Shown piece after piece: positions 30,575 to 39,353 of a DNA stretch of 64,000 bases; the first letter of the stretch is position 1; every line of letters begins with the position of its first letter. The stretch covers positions 2,944,001-3,008,000 of the forward strand of contig OZ242320.1 of NCBI GenBank assembly GCA_965208125.1, given 5' to 3'. Under the pieces are notes generated by a model. It had not been told where the DNA came from, ran no database searches, and worked only from the letters and a program-made list of their open reading frames with translations. Source of the stretch: Candidatus Latescibacterota bacterium. Lineage in GTDB: Bacteria > Latescibacterota > UBA2968. Made by a program: the position numbers and the translations under genes.

Positions 30575-30661
30575 TGGCAGAGGGTGAGGGAATCGAACCC
30601 TATGCGGTTGCCCGCACCACCGACCAATGTCAGGCGGCCCACCTTGAACCGTTCACCCCCT
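30575..30661 (-). ncRNA. Allo-tRNA-like cloverleaf RNA (9/3 or 8/4 branch, long V-arm, CCA end) with a 4-nt loop replacing the anticodon loop
   Basis: AGGGGGTGA-A-CGGTTC(AAGGT)GGGCCG-C-CTGAC(ATTG)GTCGG-TG-GTGCGG(GCAA)CCGCAT-A-GGG(TTCGATT)CCC-TCACCCTCT-G-CCA; all stems pair fully (WC or G-U). Confidence 0.8.
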
Positions 30662-30697
30662 ACCTATTTTGACAAAACTGCACGTTCAAGGGTTTCT

Positions 30698-31669
30698 TCA
30701 AAGATGAGGACGCAGTTCACCCAGGGATTGTTCCCCAGGTTGGATATATTCTACTGCTGGGCTTTCGACGCGTCCATAGGCATTCCACACTTTGAATCCG
30801 AGTAAAGATAGGAGATCAGACGATGCCTCGGCGAGGACTTCGGGTGCCGTGCCCACGGTAAAATTTTCCTGTGGACGGAATTGAGGTCCGCAGAATGTGG
30901 TGAGTATGGCCCAGCGCAGTTGATCGCTTATATTGGCTCCCGTGCCGTGCCAGATGCGTCCGTCGAGGAATCCAACTGTGCCGGCTGGACCTTCGAGGGC
31001 GACTGTTTCAGTGGCGTTGTCGTCGGGATTGTCTGGGCGTCGTCCCCACAGGTGGCTGCCGGGAACGATGCGGGTGCCGCCGTTTTCTGCTGTGAAGTCG
31101 CCGATCATCCATACTACGTTGATGACGACGCGGGGCCAGATGGATGCGGTATCGGGTTCGTCTGTTTGCTCGCGGCTGATAGAGCCTGCGGGTAAATGCG
31201 TTCGGTCTGCGCGCGTTGGCATGGGCATCCACCACTGATCTGTGTGCAGGCGCATGGGAACGCCACCGGGTTTGGCGATGTTGGCCGAATGGCTCGATAG
31301 CAAATAATCATTGCCCAGTGCGTGATCTATGATGTTGCGAACCCCTGAGTGTAATAGCATGTCTTGAAATACCCAACCTTTGTTGATTAGCATCCACACG
31401 CGCTGGTTGACGCCTCCTGCCGATTGTGTAAACGCCCCTGCGCGTACCTGCCCTGTTTTATTTTTAAAATCCCCCCAGTTTTGTTTTGCACCTCCGTCTT
31501 CAAATGCAAGTCCGTGTTGTTTTTCGGCAAGGGCCTGTTCTTTTAGACGGGTTTTTATTTTTGAGAGGTCTTTTGCATTGAGCGCGTTGGCGAGCAGGCC
31601 ATAACCACAGGTGTCGAGTTGTGTTTTGACCTGTGCGAGGTCTTCGGTTGGTTGTGGAAGTTCAGACAT
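30698..31669 (-). CDS. PhyH-family Fe(II)/2OG dioxygenase
   Basis: LHTDQ (HxD), DFTAENGGTRIVPGSH, DGRIWHGTGAN. Confidence 0.9.
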   Translation of the reverse strand: MSELPQPTEDLAQVKTQLDTCGYGLLANALNAKDLSKIKTRLKEQALAEKQHGLAFEDGGAKQNWGDFKNKTGQVRAGAFTQSAGGVNQRVWMLINKGWVFQDMLLHSGVRNIIDHALGNDYLLSSHSANIAKPGGVPMRLHTDQWWMPMPTRADRTHLPAGSISREQTDEPDTASIWPRVVINVVWMIGDFTAENGGTRIVPGSHLWGRRPDNPDDNATETVALEGPAGTVGFLDGRIWHGTGANISDQLRWAILTTFCGPQFRPQENFTVGTAPEVLAEASSDLLSLLGFKVWNAYGRVESPAVEYIQPGEQSLGELRPHL

Positions 31670-31698
31670 GCGTATTCCTCAGATTTGGATAGTAGATA

Positions 31699-33000
31699 TT
31701 ATCGGGGCAAAATGCCATACTGGCGCAGGGTGCTTTCCAATGTTGGCCTACTAAGGCGAATGCGGTCGTCGTTTAGCAAATAGGAGAAGACGTACCCGAG
31801 GCCGAGCATAAAGATCCCGATCAAGAAGCAATAGATGACTGCGCGGTCGGGGTATTCGTCTTTCAGGTATCCTACGTAGAGCGGTCCAAAGATTCCCGCT
31901 GCGGCCCAGGCGGTTAGAATTGCCCCGTAGATTGTGGACATTTTTTTGCTGCCAAAGACATCGAGAACAAAAGATGGCATTGTGGCAAAGCCGCCGCCAA
32001 AGCACAACAGGACATAACAGACGAGCGCGGAAAAGATCCAGGGGTTGCGCTCCGTCATCAAGATGCCGAAGACAATCATCTGGCTGGCGAGTAAGATTCT
32101 GAAGACGCCAACGCGACCTATGCGATCCGATAGCAATCCCCAGAAGAGCCGCCCTACGCCATTGCACAGAGAGCTGACGGCGATAAGCGTTGCCCCATAC
32201 TCGGCGAGTGTTACCGGTTCCAGGGATGGATCCGCGAATCCCCAAACTTCTTGCAGGAGTTCCGACTGAAAGCTGATGACGGAGATGCCCGCGGCGATGT
32301 TGAAGAAAAATACGATCCACATGAGGGCAAATTCAGAAGACCGCAGATAGGGCGCGACAGTGTCTTCGTATTCCATCGGATCATCGTCAGCAGCGGCGGG
32401 TACAACTGCGGCTTTGGGATCGCTTAACACAAAGCTGGAGGGCAAGAGGATACAGGCAAATACTATGCCGAGCCACAAGAAAACAAGGGTCAGATCCGAC
32501 TCTGTTCGCAGTACGAGAAAGGGTGCCAATACTTTGCTCAAGAGAAATGCACCCACGCCAAATCCCATCACGACGATGCCTGTCACGAGACCCTTGCGAT
32601 CTGGAAACCACTTTGCCGCGGTTGCAACCGGCGTTACATAGCCAAGTCCAATTCCCGCACCGCCGATAACGCCGTATCCCAGGTAAAAGAGTGGGATAAA
32701 GTCCAGATGAAGGGCAAGGCTCGCGATCATATATCCGCCGGAAAACATGATGCTGCCCGCGACTGCGAGTTTTCGGGGTCCGAATCGCGGCAGCGTCGCG
32801 CCTGCCCAGGCTGCAGATGTGCCGAGGGAAAAGATCGCGATGCTAAAAGCCCACGCAGTTTCTGTGAATGTCCAGCCGAGTTGTCTGACGAGGAGCGTTT
32901 GAAAGAAGCTCCACGCGTACACGGTGCCGAAACAGAGTTGCAGGAGCGTGCATAAGAGCGCGATGACGGAACGCGGAATCTGTATTTCCCGTTTTGCCAT
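31699..33000 (-). CDS. OFA-family (oxalate/formate antiporter-like) MFS transporter
   Basis: GTVYAWS, GAGIGLGYVTP...KWFPDRKGL..G...GFG, NGVGRLFWGLLSDRIGR; 12 TM. Confidence 0.9.
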   Translation of the reverse strand: MAKREIQIPRSVIALLCTLLQLCFGTVYAWSFFQTLLVRQLGWTFTETAWAFSIAIFSLGTSAAWAGATLPRFGPRKLAVAGSIMFSGGYMIASLALHLDFIPLFYLGYGVIGGAGIGLGYVTPVATAAKWFPDRKGLVTGIVVMGFGVGAFLLSKVLAPFLVLRTESDLTLVFLWLGIVFACILLPSSFVLSDPKAAVVPAAADDDPMEYEDTVAPYLRSSEFALMWIVFFFNIAAGISVISFQSELLQEVWGFADPSLEPVTLAEYGATLIAVSSLCNGVGRLFWGLLSDRIGRVGVFRILLASQMIVFGILMTERNPWIFSALVCYVLLCFGGGFATMPSFVLDVFGSKKMSTIYGAILTAWAAAGIFGPLYVGYLKDEYPDRAVIYCFLIGIFMLGLGYVFSYLLNDDRIRLSRPTLESTLRQYGILPR

Positions 33001-33002
33001 TT

Positions 33003-33719
33003 TTATGTGTCCGATTGATCGCTTTTTTTACCTTCAGAAACATAGAAGAAGAGATTGGCCAGGTGCCCAACCTCGTCGTCGCGCGATAGCAGTTTGTCGT
33101 CCGAGTCTCCATCTTCACCGCGCGCGCGACCCACTGCATAAGCGAGGAGGTCGCCGAGGGGATTCGCCGCGAGGTTGACGAGCCATATCGCGGCAAAGAA
33201 GCCTACCACGAGTATGATGCAGATGAGATAGACCTGCCTTCCGATTGCTCTTTGAATTTTTAGCGCAATCAACCCCGTGTCCATGCCCACGTGAACCGTG
33301 CCGGCAATGCCTGCCAGAATCGGACTGCCAACTTCCACGAAATCGCCCATTCCGGGCAGATTGCGTTCTATAGCTTCTGTCTTGAATGGGTCGTCTGCTC
33401 GAATGACTTCGGGAATGCCGGGCACAAAGGTGTGGGCGAGAAATTCACCTGATTCATCCGTGATATAGATGTATTTGATGCTCTGGATTTCGACAAACTG
33501 ATCGATGAGCGACTGCAAAGCCGCGAGGTCCCGATTTAAGAGAATATCGACACTGGAGTCGGCGATGGTCTTCGCGATGTTCTTGCTGTTGTTCTCGTAT
33601 TCCTCCGATAAGTGTGTATCGACCGTATAAATACACAAAGCGGATGTTGACAGGCTGATCGCACCAAAGAGCGCGAAGATGCCGAACCGCGTTTTTTGAA
33701 AGAGTTTTTTGATTTTCAT
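33003..33719 (-). CDS. Membrane sensor-like protein: TM-extracytoplasmic domain-TM-HAMP, no output domain
   Basis: Two TM helices; C-terminal NPLGDL...SRDDEVGHLANLF HAMP signature, stop ~14 residues later. Confidence 0.75.
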   Translation of the reverse strand: MKIKKLFQKTRFGIFALFGAISLSTSALCIYTVDTHLSEEYENNSKNIAKTIADSSVDILLNRDLAALQSLIDQFVEIQSIKYIYITDESGEFLAHTFVPGIPEVIRADDPFKTEAIERNLPGMGDFVEVGSPILAGIAGTVHVGMDTGLIALKIQRAIGRQVYLICIILVVGFFAAIWLVNLAANPLGDLLAYAVGRARGEDGDSDDKLLSRDDEVGHLANLFFYVSEGKKSDQSDT

Positions 33720-35038
33720 TTTATGCCAAACCTGTCTTCCCAGTTATCCAGCGTGACAAAACGGTCGTTTTCGACAACTGTGTAATAGACTCGCTGTAGC
33801 CCCTGTCGGCGGTCTGGACCAAAAGAGACCTGTTCGCCGATGCCCAGATCGAAATCTCGAATGCTGAAGACCGCGTCTTCGAGCTGGCTTCGTTGCGGGT
33901 TGTCGTCGAGGCGGCGCAGAATTTCAACCATCAATTTGGCGTTGAGAAATCCCTCGAGACTGACAAAGCTCTGCGCAAAGGGTGTGTAGTCTTCTTTCAC
34001 CAGTTCTTCGGGTGGTTGAGGGGCGTATTGTTGCATCATTTCGCGGTATTCCTGGACGGCTGGTGTGGATGTTTCTTCGTAGCTGGGCACGACCTGGGAA
34101 TTTACGAGCAGTTGCGTGTATGAGTCGCTGTTTTCTTGTCCTTCGGTGAGGAGTTTTAAGAGGTTTTCGCTTCCAACAAAGGACAGGTTGGCAATGGGAA
34201 CCCGCAGGCCGAGGTTAACGGCGTCGCGCGCAAAGGCCGCACAAGCCGCATAGGCTCCAATGCAGATCACCGCTTCTGGGTCTGATGCTTTTAGTATTTC
34301 GACCTGTTTTCGCATGCTGCCGGTGAATTTTTCTCCGCGGCGGTACGTCGCTTCGCCCACGATTTGCTCTCCGTGCCGCTTCAGGGCACTTCTTACGCCC
34401 GCCCATCCACTGCGACCATAAGCATCGGCTTGATAGAATACGGCAATGCGTTTTCGGTTGATACGAACAAAATTATCCACGAGACCGGCGGTTTCCTGGC
34501 GGTAAGAAGCGCGTAGATTAAAGGCAAAGTCGCCATAAGGCGGTTCTCGCTGCGGTTGCGCGCCGGTGAATGGAAAGAATAAGAAGATGTTTCTGTCCTG
34601 GAATTTTTTGAGCATGGGGAGCACGCGGGTTACGGTGGGGGTTCCGACATAACCGAAGAGCAAAAATACTTCGTCTTCCAACATCAATTTCAGGGTGTTT
34701 TTGACGGAGGGGTCGGGTTGATAGCCGTCGTCATAGGTTTTGAGAACTACTTTGCGTCCCGATATGCCTCCCTGCTGATTGATGTGTGTGAAATACGCAC
34801 TGGCACCGCGATACAGTTCGATGCCCAAACCCCGGGACGGGCCGGAGAATGCTGCGGACACGCCGAGTACGATCTCGGTGTCGGTCACGCCAGATGATAT
34901 CTGTGTCATGGTGTGCCTCCTTGTTTGTGGTTCATGCTGGTCGGTGTTGGCGACCGCTATCAGAGTTTTCAACCATGGGGCGATCGCGCAACAGGCAAGA
35001 CCGGAACGGATGAGTGCTCTTCTCGTTATTGGTTTCAT
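33716..35038 (-). CDS. Type I periplasmic binding protein (LIV-BP-like), probable Tat substrate
   Basis: ITRRALI twin-Arg leader; GVTDTEIVLG, INQQGGISGRK, DDGYQP, GYVGTPT, NLRASY; stop overlaps next start (ATGA). Confidence 0.85.
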   Translation of the reverse strand: MKPITRRALIRSGLACCAIAPWLKTLIAVANTDQHEPQTRRHTMTQISSGVTDTEIVLGVSAAFSGPSRGLGIELYRGASAYFTHINQQGGISGRKVVLKTYDDGYQPDPSVKNTLKLMLEDEVFLLFGYVGTPTVTRVLPMLKKFQDRNIFLFFPFTGAQPQREPPYGDFAFNLRASYRQETAGLVDNFVRINRKRIAVFYQADAYGRSGWAGVRSALKRHGEQIVGEATYRRGEKFTGSMRKQVEILKASDPEAVICIGAYAACAAFARDAVNLGLRVPIANLSFVGSENLLKLLTEGQENSDSYTQLLVNSQVVPSYEETSTPAVQEYREMMQQYAPQPPEELVKEDYTPFAQSFVSLEGFLNAKLMVEILRRLDDNPQRSQLEDAVFSIRDFDLGIGEQVSFGPDRRQGLQRVYYTVVENDRFVTLDNWEDRFGIK

Positions 35039-35073
35039 ACGGGATGTGCTCTTTCGCTGACGCCCGGACTTGA

Positions 35074-35874
35074 TCATTCTTCGAGTGTTGGGCGATTTAA
35101 CCGCGTGTGATAAGGCGGTTCCATGACCGCGCGTTGTCGTTCGTTTGCCCATTCGGGTATGTCATAGGCGCGAACGTACGCCATGTTGCCGGCGGTGTAA
35201 CGGGTGAGCGTTGACCGCCGCGGATGATCCGCTTTCCAGGGCAGGGTGCCGTGTGTGACGGCTTCGGTGAAGATGATTGCGTCGCCTGCCTTACAGGTGA
35301 TCTGGCGGATGTGTTCCTGGTGTTTTTGATACAGGCGCATTTCTTGAGGACAGGGATAATTGCTTTTGTGTGATCCCGGGATGAGGGAGAGACCACCGTC
35401 ACCCGGATTGACATCGGTGAGTTGGATGGAGACGACGGTGAGTCCGTTGTGCATTTTGCCATCTTTGAATATATAATACTGGTTGGGGTCAAATCCGGGT
35501 CCAGAGGAGCCGTGGAAGCGGTGGCCTTCGGCGCCTTTGTCCATCCACAACAGAAACATCTGGTGATCGATGCGAAAACCCTTGCCGAGGATTTCGTTGA
35601 GATAGGGCACAATGAGGGGATGCGCCAGCATGTCGCGGAAGGGGTTGCACCAGGGTTCGTCCCAGTGGATGAGGCTGCCCAACTCGCCGCGACCATGCGT
35701 GCCTTCAAGGGCTGGTGAGTCGCCGTCAAGACGCTGTTCTCTCGGGCGAACACGCCCTTTGTCGAGGTGGCGGTCAACCGCTTCGTTCGCCAGGGCGAGT
35801 TCGTCTTCGGTCAAGACGTTTTCTACGACGAGATAGCCGTTGAGGTCAAAGAGATATTTTTCGTTTTCGGTCAT
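35074..35874 (-). CDS. PhyH-family Fe(II)/2OG oxygenase with atypical metal motif (FHGS instead of HxD)
   Basis: EKYLFDLNGYLVVENVL, LTDVNPGDGG..IPGSHK, KAGDAIIFTEAVTHGTLPW. Confidence 0.85.
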   Translation of the reverse strand: MTENEKYLFDLNGYLVVENVLTEDELALANEAVDRHLDKGRVRPREQRLDGDSPALEGTHGRGELGSLIHWDEPWCNPFRDMLAHPLIVPYLNEILGKGFRIDHQMFLLWMDKGAEGHRFHGSSGPGFDPNQYYIFKDGKMHNGLTVVSIQLTDVNPGDGGLSLIPGSHKSNYPCPQEMRLYQKHQEHIRQITCKAGDAIIFTEAVTHGTLPWKADHPRRSTLTRYTAGNMAYVRAYDIPEWANERQRAVMEPPYHTRLNRPTLEE

Positions 35875-36536
35875 TGTAAATCTTCCGATTCGGGGTCTTC
35901 TATATTTGTGCGGATGACGAGCGTGCCTGCAATAAAGTCGTGCAGTGCCCGGCGTTTCTCATTTGTGAGCATGGTAATTAATTCGGCTACATACCAGATT
36001 AAAAGAATGGAGCCGAATAAGAGAAATCCTGTTGCGAATTCTCTGTTAATTTTTTCTGTGGATTCTATGTCAATGAGATGATCAATGCTTATCGTTCCAG
36101 TTGCGAAGAGATAAACATGATACACTGTTAAAGCGATGACAGCTAAAATTGGGATGCTATCCCGCAATATGGCATGCCTGAAAGATATGGGATTATGGGT
36201 TTTGGCATCAACGACTTTAACTCGGGTAACCATTTTGCCAATGGTTTGCCCATACTTGCCGTGCATGGATACGCTATAAATCCAGTGTGGAAAAAATTGT
36301 AGAAACCAAACTGTCACCAGTTGCCAAACAGGGATGTCGAGTTGCAAAATTAGAGTGAAGATAGCGTGCAATGGCCATAGTACAAGACCATCGACACAAC
36401 CTGCCCAGAGCCTGGGCCAAAAGGTCAAATACTGTTTTTCTGAAGAGACCTTGAGGTTCTTATAATACAACCACGCGATCACTGAAGGTACGAAAGTAAA
36501 AAACAAATTAAACCAAATTTCTGTATTTTTTGTCAT
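35871..36536 (-). CDS. RDD family membrane protein
   Basis: FWPRLWAGCVD, GQTIGK...VKVVD, KRRALHDFIAGT. Confidence 0.85.
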   Translation of the reverse strand: MTKNTEIWFNLFFTFVPSVIAWLYYKNLKVSSEKQYLTFWPRLWAGCVDGLVLWPLHAIFTLILQLDIPVWQLVTVWFLQFFPHWIYSVSMHGKYGQTIGKMVTRVKVVDAKTHNPISFRHAILRDSIPILAVIALTVYHVYLFATGTISIDHLIDIESTEKINREFATGFLLFGSILLIWYVAELITMLTNEKRRALHDFIAGTLVIRTNIEDPESEDLQ

Positions 36537-36618
36537 GGGGATGTTCCATTGTTTTGGTACATAATTTTTGTTACCTTATTTACAATATAGTAGATTTCGA
36601 TATAAGGAGGTAATAGTA

Positions 36619-36996
36619 ATGATTAGGATTAAACTTCAAGATATGATGTGGCGGAGACAGATCCAAAGCATTGCGGAATTATCCCGTAGTGCGGGTGTTT
36701 CCAAACAAACGGTAGATGAACTGTATAACCGACCAGACCAAGTTAGCGGGATTCAGATCGAAACACTGGATCGACTGTGCCGGGCGTTGTCCTGTAATGT
36801 AGAAGATCTGATTCAATATGTGTCGAATGATGAGCCTGTTGAGCCGTTCCAAATCGAAATGGTTCGAAGAGATGACCCAGATTATGCCATTTTTGAAAAA
36901 TATGCAGAGGAACCTGCTACGGCATTAGAAGACTGCGATGAGTTGTTTGAAAAGCTCGATTTGATTCGTCGGGGGCAGCGTGACCGTCAGGATTAA
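36619..36996 (+). CDS. Xre/Cro-C1 HTH protein with acidic C-terminal extension; probable antitoxin
   Basis: AAGGAGG RBS; IAELSRSAGVSKQTV...ETLDRLCRALSCNVEDLIQY; overlaps downstream toxin gene. Confidence 0.8.
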   Translation: MIRIKLQDMMWRRQIQSIAELSRSAGVSKQTVDELYNRPDQVSGIQIETLDRLCRALSCNVEDLIQYVSNDEPVEPFQIEMVRRDDPDYAIFEKYAEEPATALEDCDELFEKLDLIRRGQRDRQD

Positions 36997-37240
36997 GTCT
37001 TCAGTTCGACGAGCCATGTTAAAACTGCCCGATGCAATTTTGATCAAAGCGTTTCGAACCATTTTGCAGATTAAAGATGCGCCCTATCCGCGCGGTTTCA
37101 AAAAGGTACGTGGTCAGAAAGACCGTTTACGTGTTTGGATTGATCGCAATTATCGGATGATTTACGAAGTGGATTCTGATGCTGAAGTCCTCGACATTGT
37201 ATATGTCGGTCCCAAAAATGAAGCCACTTATAGATCGTGA
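36980..37240 (+). CDS. RelE/ParE-family toxin
   Basis: 86 aa basic protein; PYPRGFKKVRG...LRVWIDRNYRMIYEVD...VGPK..TY. Confidence 0.8.
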   Translation: MTVRIKSSVRRAMLKLPDAILIKAFRTILQIKDAPYPRGFKKVRGQKDRLRVWIDRNYRMIYEVDSDAEVLDIVYVGPKNEATYRS

Positions 37241-37242
37241 TA

Positions 37243-38688
37243 TTATTTCACTAGACTCGCATATGCCTCTCGCCCTTGTCGGAAGAGGTCTTTGACTTCT
37301 TCGCGTTGCTGATCGGTGTTGTAGCGGCCATAGGTGTCGATCCATTTGAGCGCGTCTTCGATGCCGTTGAGAAAATACTGCGCGGATTCGTTGCGCTCGG
37401 CAGGCGGACGGCCGCAGGCAAAATAAACCGGGCTGCTGTGCGCGTAGATCGATTGGTCAAAGCTGTCGCGCTGATTGCCCCAGAGCCGGGCGGCGACCCA
37501 GCCGTCGCGGTCGATGTTGACCCGGTGGCGAATGGCGCCCTCGCGTTTGCCTTCGGGATAGTTTTCCCTGTGGATGATGTGTCCGTTCATCGCGATTTCG
37601 GCGCAGTGAATGGGGTAATAGGATGTGAATGTGGATTCTATGTCGAGCGAGCCGCCAGAGGGCAATTCAACTGTGGTGCCCATGGGGTGATCGTTTACGT
37701 TTAGATCAATGGCGGGACCATTGGTGATAAAGGTGTTGCCCGATTTCATACCGGTAATCCAGTTTTCGTAGGAGAACGCGCCTTTGGTATTGACATAGAC
37801 GCGGTTGTTGGAGCAGACGAACCAGTCGGTGCCGGTGGAGGCGGGTAAGGCGATACCGCAGTTGAGCAGTTTGTACCACAGGTCGTATTCGGGGTCCATC
37901 CAGAAGGGGTCGAAGAGGTTGAAGGCGTCCAGTTTGCCCAGTGCCGCGGCAATGGGGGCTTCCATGCCGCGACCGTTGTGACACCATATCACAATGCCGC
38001 CCTGATCGCGGGCTTCGTCGCAGCAAAAGCACAGGGGGGGATAGTCGGGGTCGAATTGCGCGGTGAGGATGTGGCCGCGGCTGACGGGTTGGATGAGGTT
38101 GCGGATGTTGAGGAACATGACGTGCCCATATCCGAACCCCCAGGGCGAGTTTTCGCCGTAGTGGCGGTTTTCTTCGCCGATGTCGAGGATGTGATGTGCG
38201 GTGGTAAATTCGTTCATCACGCCGATGGGATATTTGTTGCTGGCGTAGGGGAGTTGTCTTCTGTCGAGGACGCTTACGACGGTGACGTTATAGCCTTCCA
38301 CGCTGCAGTCAATGGCCAGTCGGTCGTCGGGACGGGTTTCTTTTTCGTCGTAGTGGATGTGTGTGTTGCCCGGGTACCAGTTGTTTTCCTGTGGGATATA
38401 CCAGCGGTTGAGGGTGATTTCGACGTCTTTGACGCCGTTTTCCGGCATTTCGACCACGGTGCGGACGGGTTCGTATTCCGTGCCGCGTTCGACCAATATG
38501 TCGGTGCGCCCGCGCGAGGCTTGAACTTCAAATTCGCCATCGCAGAAGAAGAAGGGGGTGCCGGGTCCGCGTTTGAGCATGGCGTCGCGCGGGTGACAAA
38601 AACGACCGTTGGCGGTCAGGACGTGTACTTTGGCGTTGATGTGTTCGCCTGTCGCACTGTCAATAATATGTCCGTGCAGGGTGCCCAT
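37243..38688 (-). CDS. CehA/McbA-like (PHP-fold) metallohydrolase
   Basis: ERGTEY, WYPGNTHIH, GEENR, GHV, WYKLLNCG...STGTD, G.TFITNGP, AHSSPVY. Confidence 0.75.
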   Translation of the reverse strand: MGTLHGHIIDSATGEHINAKVHVLTANGRFCHPRDAMLKRGPGTPFFFCDGEFEVQASRGRTDILVERGTEYEPVRTVVEMPENGVKDVEITLNRWYIPQENNWYPGNTHIHYDEKETRPDDRLAIDCSVEGYNVTVVSVLDRRQLPYASNKYPIGVMNEFTTAHHILDIGEENRHYGENSPWGFGYGHVMFLNIRNLIQPVSRGHILTAQFDPDYPPLCFCCDEARDQGGIVIWCHNGRGMEAPIAAALGKLDAFNLFDPFWMDPEYDLWYKLLNCGIALPASTGTDWFVCSNNRVYVNTKGAFSYENWITGMKSGNTFITNGPAIDLNVNDHPMGTTVELPSGGSLDIESTFTSYYPIHCAEIAMNGHIIHRENYPEGKREGAIRHRVNIDRDGWVAARLWGNQRDSFDQSIYAHSSPVYFACGRPPAERNESAQYFLNGIEDALKWIDTYGRYNTDQQREEVKDLFRQGREAYASLVK

Positions 38689-38781
38689 CTTACGCTCCGG
38701 TTATTCGAGATGTGCAATAGCGTTTCGAGAATTCGATCAAATATTCCTTGCAGCCCTCTCAGAGCCGCAAGAAACGCCTGA

Positions 38782-39201
38782 TTATAGATCGAGCTTGTCT
38801 GCAAATGCCAGCATTTTTGCTTCAACCTCCTGGGCAATCGGTTGTAGTGTTTTCTGGTCGATCTCGATTTGCTGTATCCTTTCATCCACATTTGTCGTGA
38901 GACAAAAACGCAGGTTGTGTGTCAGGTCGTGCATCGCGTGCTCAATATGGTCTCGAACCGTTCCGGGAGGGTACATCCATTGCCTTGCCCGAGTCTGTTT
39001 CAGGTTGATGTGGCAATGGCCTTTCCCTCCGTGTTTTTTTGCCTCGCCAAAGCAGTCCAGACGCAAAACCTCCTGGTTGTAAGCATACACAGATGCCGCG
39101 GGACCGTAACCCGCGCGGTCGTTCCGCCAATAGACTTCCAGTCGCACATCGTCTTGTATCGGATATGTAGTCCGATCTTGTCTGCCTGGTTGTGTATCCA
39201 T
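38782..39201 (-). CDS. Hypothetical protein
   Basis: 139-aa ORF with AAAGGA RBS, co-oriented with neighbours; EVLRLDCFG...GHCH. Confidence 0.6.
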   Translation of the reverse strand: MDTQPGRQDRTTYPIQDDVRLEVYWRNDRAGYGPAASVYAYNQEVLRLDCFGEAKKHGGKGHCHINLKQTRARQWMYPPGTVRDHIEHAMHDLTHNLRFCLTTNVDERIQQIEIDQKTLQPIAQEVEAKMLAFADKLDL

Positions 39202-39353
39202 GACTTTTCCTTTCTGTTGTGGCGCAGATGGCTACATGATCTATGGGTCTTTCTTCAGGATATTATTAAAATTTCTTGAAGTCAAGATACATCTCTTGTG
39301 GAAAAAAAGAAACACTTCTACCAGGGCGTTTTGCGTTTTGTATTGGTCACAGG

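Noticed and set aside
30575-30661. Canonical tRNA-Ser/Leu, tRNA-Sec or tmRNA end
   Set aside because: No 7/5 or 8/5 branch, no 7-nt anticodon loop or UCA anticodon, and no tmRNA body or tag ORF
30397-30805. Short ORFs 30397-30642 (-) and 30584-30805 (+)
   Set aside because: They overlap real genes and the tRNA-like RNA, which explains the sequence better
30575-37240. Integrative element bounded by the tRNA-like gene and the TA pair
   Set aside because: No integrase seen and no duplicated 3' tRNA fragment noticed in the window
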